Source of the DNA: a virus
DNA length: 64,000 bases
Strand: one strand, 5' to 3'
Virus record (IMG/VR): IMGVR_UViG_3300009129_001478
Span: 1-64,000 of that record
The position numbers and the translations under genes were made by a program. The number at the start of each line of letters is the position of its first letter. Positions within the stretch are counted from its first letter, which is position 1. Under the pieces are notes generated by a model, which ran no database searches, was not told the origin of the DNA, and saw nothing but the letters and a program-made list of their open reading frames with translations. Below, one piece after another: positions 59,688-64,000 of the stretch.

Positions 59688-60870
59688 CATATTCTCCCAA
59701 CATGCAGACCTGGCTGCTGAAGATATTTTAAAATCAAATAAGCTGTGTCTAGAATTTGAACAGGATGAATTATCTATTGTTCACTCACAAATGGACAGGT
59801 ACCCTCGCGCCGCAGATTATCTTCATATTTTAGAAACACGCGCTATCACTAACTATCCCTTCTCCTGTAAGAAGATGAGATATACCGCAACCTTTCACAA
59901 TATTCAATATATTGATCCTCAAAAGCCTGGACTTCTTTTGCCAATAAAAGATTCCATAGATCTTTTGGAATTTACTTTATCTAACCTTAAAAAAATGAAG
60001 GTGACCGAAGTAGCCAATATCACGATTATTGATGATAGGTCTGAGGAAGCAGAAAAAATTCAACAACTAGCAAATCAACATGGGGCAATTTATATCCGAG
60101 TTGACTACCCTTCAGAAATATTTAACTTCTCTATGTTGAATAATATTGCCGCTTTTTTATATCACAAATTAGGACATGAGGATATTATCCTTTGGAATGC
60201 TGATTTATGGGCTCCCGATAAAACAACCGTGCCGAAGCTTTTGAACGCACACAAAAAGAGCAAGCGTGATGGAGTAAAACTCACAGGAACAAAACTCCTT
60301 TATCCAGAGTCTGGATTTTGTCCTCTCATAAATGAACAGCGGACTGTGAGGGAATTAGCACAAGATTTTACAATGCCTGAGGAGAATTTGAAAAACATGG
60401 GACTCTTTGGAAAGACTCAATATGGTGGAGGATCTTATGTTGTTACAATACCGTTCCTAAAAAACCTCAGTCATCTGTTTATGTCTCCGGTACATTATGG
60501 GAGATTTTTAGAGAGAACTAATTCTGCTGTTAACATAAACCGGCAGACTAGGTTTGTAACAGGGGCATTTCAAATTATAGACCTTGAATCCTTTATAAAG
60601 TTGGGAGGGCTTTGCCCGACCCTATCGTGTAGCCATCAAGACGCGGACTTTTGTTTGAGATTAGTACATGGCGGCGACAAAGTTCAATATATAGGAAAAG
60701 ACCTCCACCTATATCACGGAGAGTCTTTGGTGATTTCCTCAAAATTAGAGGAAGGTGCCGAATCTCTCAAACATGCCCACAGCGATACACGAGATAAACT
60801 AATTTCAGACGAAGTGATGTATTCTCTGTTGTGGAATTATTACTTTTTCACTGGACAGATTGCATCATAA
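59644..60870 (+). CDS. Glycosyltransferase (GT2-like)
   Basis: IIDDRS, FNFSMLNN, WNAD, VTGA, QDADFCLR. Confidence 0.8.
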   Translation: MLREKPTTHKYLNCNIFSQHADLAAEDILKSNKLCLEFEQDELSIVHSQMDRYPRAADYLHILETRAITNYPFSCKKMRYTATFHNIQYIDPQKPGLLLPIKDSIDLLEFTLSNLKKMKVTEVANITIIDDRSEEAEKIQQLANQHGAIYIRVDYPSEIFNFSMLNNIAAFLYHKLGHEDIILWNADLWAPDKTTVPKLLNAHKKSKRDGVKLTGTKLLYPESGFCPLINEQRTVRELAQDFTMPEENLKNMGLFGKTQYGGGSYVVTIPFLKNLSHLFMSPVHYGRFLERTNSAVNINRQTRFVTGAFQIIDLESFIKLGGLCPTLSCSHQDADFCLRLVHGGDKVQYIGKDLHLYHGESLVISSKLEEGAESLKHAHSDTRDKLISDEVMYSLLWNYYFFTGQIAS

Positions 60871-60871
60871 C

Positions 60872-61753
60872 ATGAAAAAGATTTTATTGGGACAAAATCA
60901 CCTGCACACATTGGGAGGTAGTGAAACTTTTATTTATACAATGGCTCGCGAACTGGTGCGCCTTGGACATGATGTAGATATTCTCACACTTCAAGAGGGG
61001 ATAATGTCTCAACTAATCAACCGAGAGTTGGGGTGTTCTATTAACTCAATATCCAACTCATACGATATTGCGTTCATAAATCACACTACGGTCGTAAATG
61101 GAGTTTTGAATCTGTTCCCAGGTAGTAACATTATTCAAACATGCCACGGAATATTCCCAGAACTTGAACAGCCGGTACCGGGCGTCCGTCATGTTGCTAT
61201 TTCAAAAGAGGTCCAAAACTACCTGTCCTCCAAGGGTCTTAATTCCACCTTAATTCATAATGGCATTGACTGTGATTTATTTTGCCCAAACGGCAAATTT
61301 TCAAAAGACCTTAACAAAATATTTAGCCTGTCTCAATCAGACCAGTTCAATCAAATGCTGACAGAGATCGGTAATGAATTAGGTATAACGGTGGAGTATA
61401 ATAATAAATTCACCTCACCGCGAGTTGATATACAAAATGTCATAAAAACAGCAGACTTGGTAGTAAGCCTAGGTCGCGGCGCTTATGAGGGAATGGCGTG
61501 CGGAAAGCCCGTTCTAATTGCGGACCAAAGACCATATCAGCCAGGCTTCATGGATGGGATGGTAACCTCTCAGAACATTGACGACTTTCTAGAAAATAAC
61601 TGCTCAGGAAGAAAAACTCAAAAGCCGGTCACTAAAGAAAATCTTTTATCAGAGATAGAAAAATATGATTTCACACAGGGACCAAGAAATAGGCAATACG
61701 CCTTAGAGAATCTTAATATTCAAAAACAAGTACAGGAATATTTGAAACTATGA
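60872..61753 (+). CDS. Glycosyltransferase (GT-B/GT4-like)
   Basis: GGSE, GHDV, IHNGID, ADLV, GR.AYEGMACGKPV. Confidence 0.82.
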   Translation: MKKILLGQNHLHTLGGSETFIYTMARELVRLGHDVDILTLQEGIMSQLINRELGCSINSISNSYDIAFINHTTVVNGVLNLFPGSNIIQTCHGIFPELEQPVPGVRHVAISKEVQNYLSSKGLNSTLIHNGIDCDLFCPNGKFSKDLNKIFSLSQSDQFNQMLTEIGNELGITVEYNNKFTSPRVDIQNVIKTADLVVSLGRGAYEGMACGKPVLIADQRPYQPGFMDGMVTSQNIDDFLENNCSGRKTQKPVTKENLLSEIEKYDFTQGPRNRQYALENLNIQKQVQEYLKL

Positions 61754-62463
61754 AATTAGTAGGGTTGACTCGTGTCCGTAATGAATCAGAAATTATGGAA
61801 GAAACTTTAGATCATATGTCAGAATTTTGTTCAGAAGTTTTTGTATATGATGATTGTTCGGAGGACAATACGGTAGAGATTTGTAAAAACCATCCAGTTG
61901 TGACTTCGGTGGTTGAGGGGCAACAGTGGGATTCTTTCCGTGCCCGAGCAGAATTTGAAAATAGACATGCCGTATATTCCGAGGCAGCTAAACACTTATC
62001 CAGCGATGACTGGTTTGTATATATGGATGCCGACGAGAGAATTGAGTTTGATTGGTCAAAACTTACTAATGATTTAGATGCAGTTAGAATGAGGCTCTTT
62101 GACTTTTATATTACACAAGAAGACGTCCAACAAAAATACACTGAAAGAAAATGGATAGGACCAGAATACCGTCAAATTCTATTTGCTTTCAGGTTTGGTG
62201 CCACGACAGGATATCACGGTCTAGATCAAAGAGAATGTTCTTTAAAATCATTCAGAATTTTGGATGAAGGATCGGTCAAACATTATGGAAAATCTATTTC
62301 TGTAGATCAGTGGGAAGAAACCTGCGATTATTATGCAAATCATTTCCCCATGTACGCCGCTAAATGGCTAGCACGCAAAGGAAAAGCGGTTCATACTAAA
62401 TCAGATTTTGGAAGAGATTTAATTTTATGGGAAGAAAGATTTAAAAAAGGCTTGCTTCTGTAA
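61750..62463 (+). CDS. Glycosyltransferase (GT2-like)
   Basis: VRNE, YDDCSEDNT, MDADE, KHYG. Confidence 0.82.
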   Translation: MKLVGLTRVRNESEIMEETLDHMSEFCSEVFVYDDCSEDNTVEICKNHPVVTSVVEGQQWDSFRARAEFENRHAVYSEAAKHLSSDDWFVYMDADERIEFDWSKLTNDLDAVRMRLFDFYITQEDVQQKYTERKWIGPEYRQILFAFRFGATTGYHGLDQRECSLKSFRILDEGSVKHYGKSISVDQWEETCDYYANHFPMYAAKWLARKGKAVHTKSDFGRDLILWEERFKKGLLL

Positions 62464-62491
62464 TATACTTATGGTACACTAGGAGAATAAA

Positions 62492-62683
62492 ATGAAATTA
62501 TCACCTCAAGCAATCGGCGCACTTTTGATGACTTTGCAAAAGTGTTTATCAGAACAAACAGACATAACAGAACTATTGTCCGGCTGGGATTTAGAACTTC
62601 GTGATGATCTGATATATGTTTTGAACGCCCCAACCGTTTCAGTAGAACCAGTACCAGAAGTCAATAAATTTGAAGTAGAATAA
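62492..62683 (+). CDS. Small conserved phage protein
   Basis: AGGAG SD; MKLS.QA.GA. Confidence 0.55.
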   Translation: MKLSPQAIGALLMTLQKCLSEQTDITELLSGWDLELRDDLIYVLNAPTVSVEPVPEVNKFEVE

Positions 62684-62952
62684 TGCCACTTTATCATTAT
62701 TTGTGTAATAGTTGCAATAAGCAATTTGAAATACGTCACAAATATCGTGAAGCTGGCATAATTTGTACTCATTGTGATTCTGAGGAAATAAAGAAACACC
62801 TAGGTAACACAATCTCCGTTGTGAAACAGACCAAGCACAGTAAAACTAAAAAAGTCGGCACAGAAGTTCACGAAGCAATACAAGACGGAAAAGAAGATTT
62901 GGCTAAGGCAAAAAAAGAATTAGCCGGGAAAGCGAGAAAGACCCATGGATGA
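62683..62952 (+). CDS. FmdB-family zinc-ribbon protein
   Basis: MPLYHYLC..C...FE...C..C. Confidence 0.85.
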   Translation: MPLYHYLCNSCNKQFEIRHKYREAGIICTHCDSEEIKKHLGNTISVVKQTKHSKTKKVGTEVHEAIQDGKEDLAKAKKELAGKARKTHG

Positions 62953-63241
62953 AATAATCGTTTGGCTAGTGTTGGGAATTTCTGCGCTGAGTAATATTTT
63001 CCTTCTATGGTATTGCAGAAATCTTATAAAATTTGTAAAATTAACTACGGAGGATGTAACAAATCTTCAGGATTCAATTGATTCCTATAAAGAACATCTG
63101 ACCCAGGTATATGGGCTTGAGACATTTTATGGTGATCAGACTCTTCAAGGGCTCTTACAGCACACCAAAGATCTGAGCGGTGCCGTAGATGATTTTGTTG
63201 ATATAAACACAAAAATGCTTTACGGAGAAGAAGATGGCTAG
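62945..63241 (+). CDS. Membrane-anchored protein
   Basis: N-terminal TM; FYGDQTL..L..H. Confidence 0.55.
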   Translation: MDEIIVWLVLGISALSNIFLLWYCRNLIKFVKLTTEDVTNLQDSIDSYKEHLTQVYGLETFYGDQTLQGLLQHTKDLSGAVDDFVDINTKMLYGEEDG

Positions 63242-63923
63242 ACGATCTAAGAAGAAGAATCATTATTTTACAAAAGTCACAGAACAGGCCATTATTGATT
63301 ATTGTGCCACAGACAGCCTATCCGAGCGCACAGACTTATATGTTCAACATATTCAACCGGCTTTTGATGAACTTGTAACAAAGATTGTTTATACTTATAA
63401 ATTTACCTCTCTAGAAAACATTGATTATTTGAAAGAGGACTGCAAGGTCTGGTTAACAACTATTTTAGGAAAATTTGACCCGACCCAGGGCACAAAAGCT
63501 TTTTCTTATTTTTCCGTCGTCACTAAAAATTGGTTCACTCACAAAGCTAAACAACAGACCAAAAAGAATCGTCGCGAGATTGAATATGATTCTATGATCC
63601 GCGAAATAGAAGCTGTTTCTACTACTGATAGCGAGGATCTTTTTGATGAACAAGAGGAGAGAGAATTTTGGGAGTTCTTACTTGTGGAAGTAAAAAGCTG
63701 GAAAAACCCGAATCTTAAGCCCAATGAAGAAAAAGTATTGAATGCTATACTAACCCTGATGACCAACGTGGATCAAATAGAAATCTTTAATAAAAAGGCA
63801 ATATATCTCTACATGAGAGAAATTACAGGACTAAACACAAAACAAATAGTTAGTTGCCTCAACAAGATGAGAGAGAAGTTCAGAATTTTCAAGAGCAAGT
63901 GGAACGAAGGAGAAATTAAGTGA
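63234..63923 (+). CDS. Phage sigma factor, gp55-like late sigma candidate
   Basis: HYFT, KFDP..G.KAFSYFS.V.KN region-2-like motif, C-terminal HTH. Confidence 0.7.
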   Translation: MARRSKKKNHYFTKVTEQAIIDYCATDSLSERTDLYVQHIQPAFDELVTKIVYTYKFTSLENIDYLKEDCKVWLTTILGKFDPTQGTKAFSYFSVVTKNWFTHKAKQQTKKNRREIEYDSMIREIEAVSTTDSEDLFDEQEEREFWEFLLVEVKSWKNPNLKPNEEKVLNAILTLMTNVDQIEIFNKKAIYLYMREITGLNTKQIVSCLNKMREKFRIFKSKWNEGEIK

Positions 63924-63938
63924 CTCCCTATTTATTGT

Positions 63939-64000
63939 ATGAAAAAGAACCTAGAATCATTAATAGAGCAAGCTCTAGATAATATAAACAAGGATCGTCA
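63939..64000 (+). CDS. Partial CDS running off the window
   Basis: ATG 3 nt after CTATTTAT; open to the end. Confidence 0.5.
   Translation, partial: MKKNLESLIEQALDNINKDR

Overview
A 64-kb segment of a large (jumbo/huge) dsDNA bacteriophage genome using the standard code. It is densely coding and almost entirely on the + strand, apart from a 3-gene minus-strand block at 45.5-47.5 kb. Host-like genes include IMPDH/GMPR, GroEL, ClpP, glutaredoxin, FKBP, CysK, PMM, TilS, PhoH and the YeaH-SpoVR-PrkA trio. The window also holds three DNA methyltransferases (one paired with a putative endonuclease), a MoxR-VWA pair, five glycosyltransferases, six tRNAs, a tmRNA, two sigma-like proteins and many small orphan genes. 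Two promoter classes are visible: sigma70-like TTGAC-N17-TAWTAT and a putative late CTANTTA motif. MopE-type repeats, a PilX-like pilin and an Hc1-like protein suggest a Myxococcota/Deltaproteobacteria-like host (inference). Most notable observations: (1) a tmRNA whose tag frame is apparently cut to two codons (GCA GCT TAA); (2) unrelated proteins, including a nucleotidyltransferase, an ART-like enzyme and a three-enzyme polyprotein, carrying shared N-terminal 'MKxTKxxLxxLIKEE' or 'WxKFxxEG' leaders or (L/I)xE linkers, which looks like a capsid cargo/processing system; (3) strong over-representation of GCCGGC; (4) a candidate pseudoknotted ncRNA upstream of tRNA-Lys; (5) a 3' sequence complementary to the MoxR ribosome-binding leader. 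All family calls come from motif recognition by eye; no searches were run.
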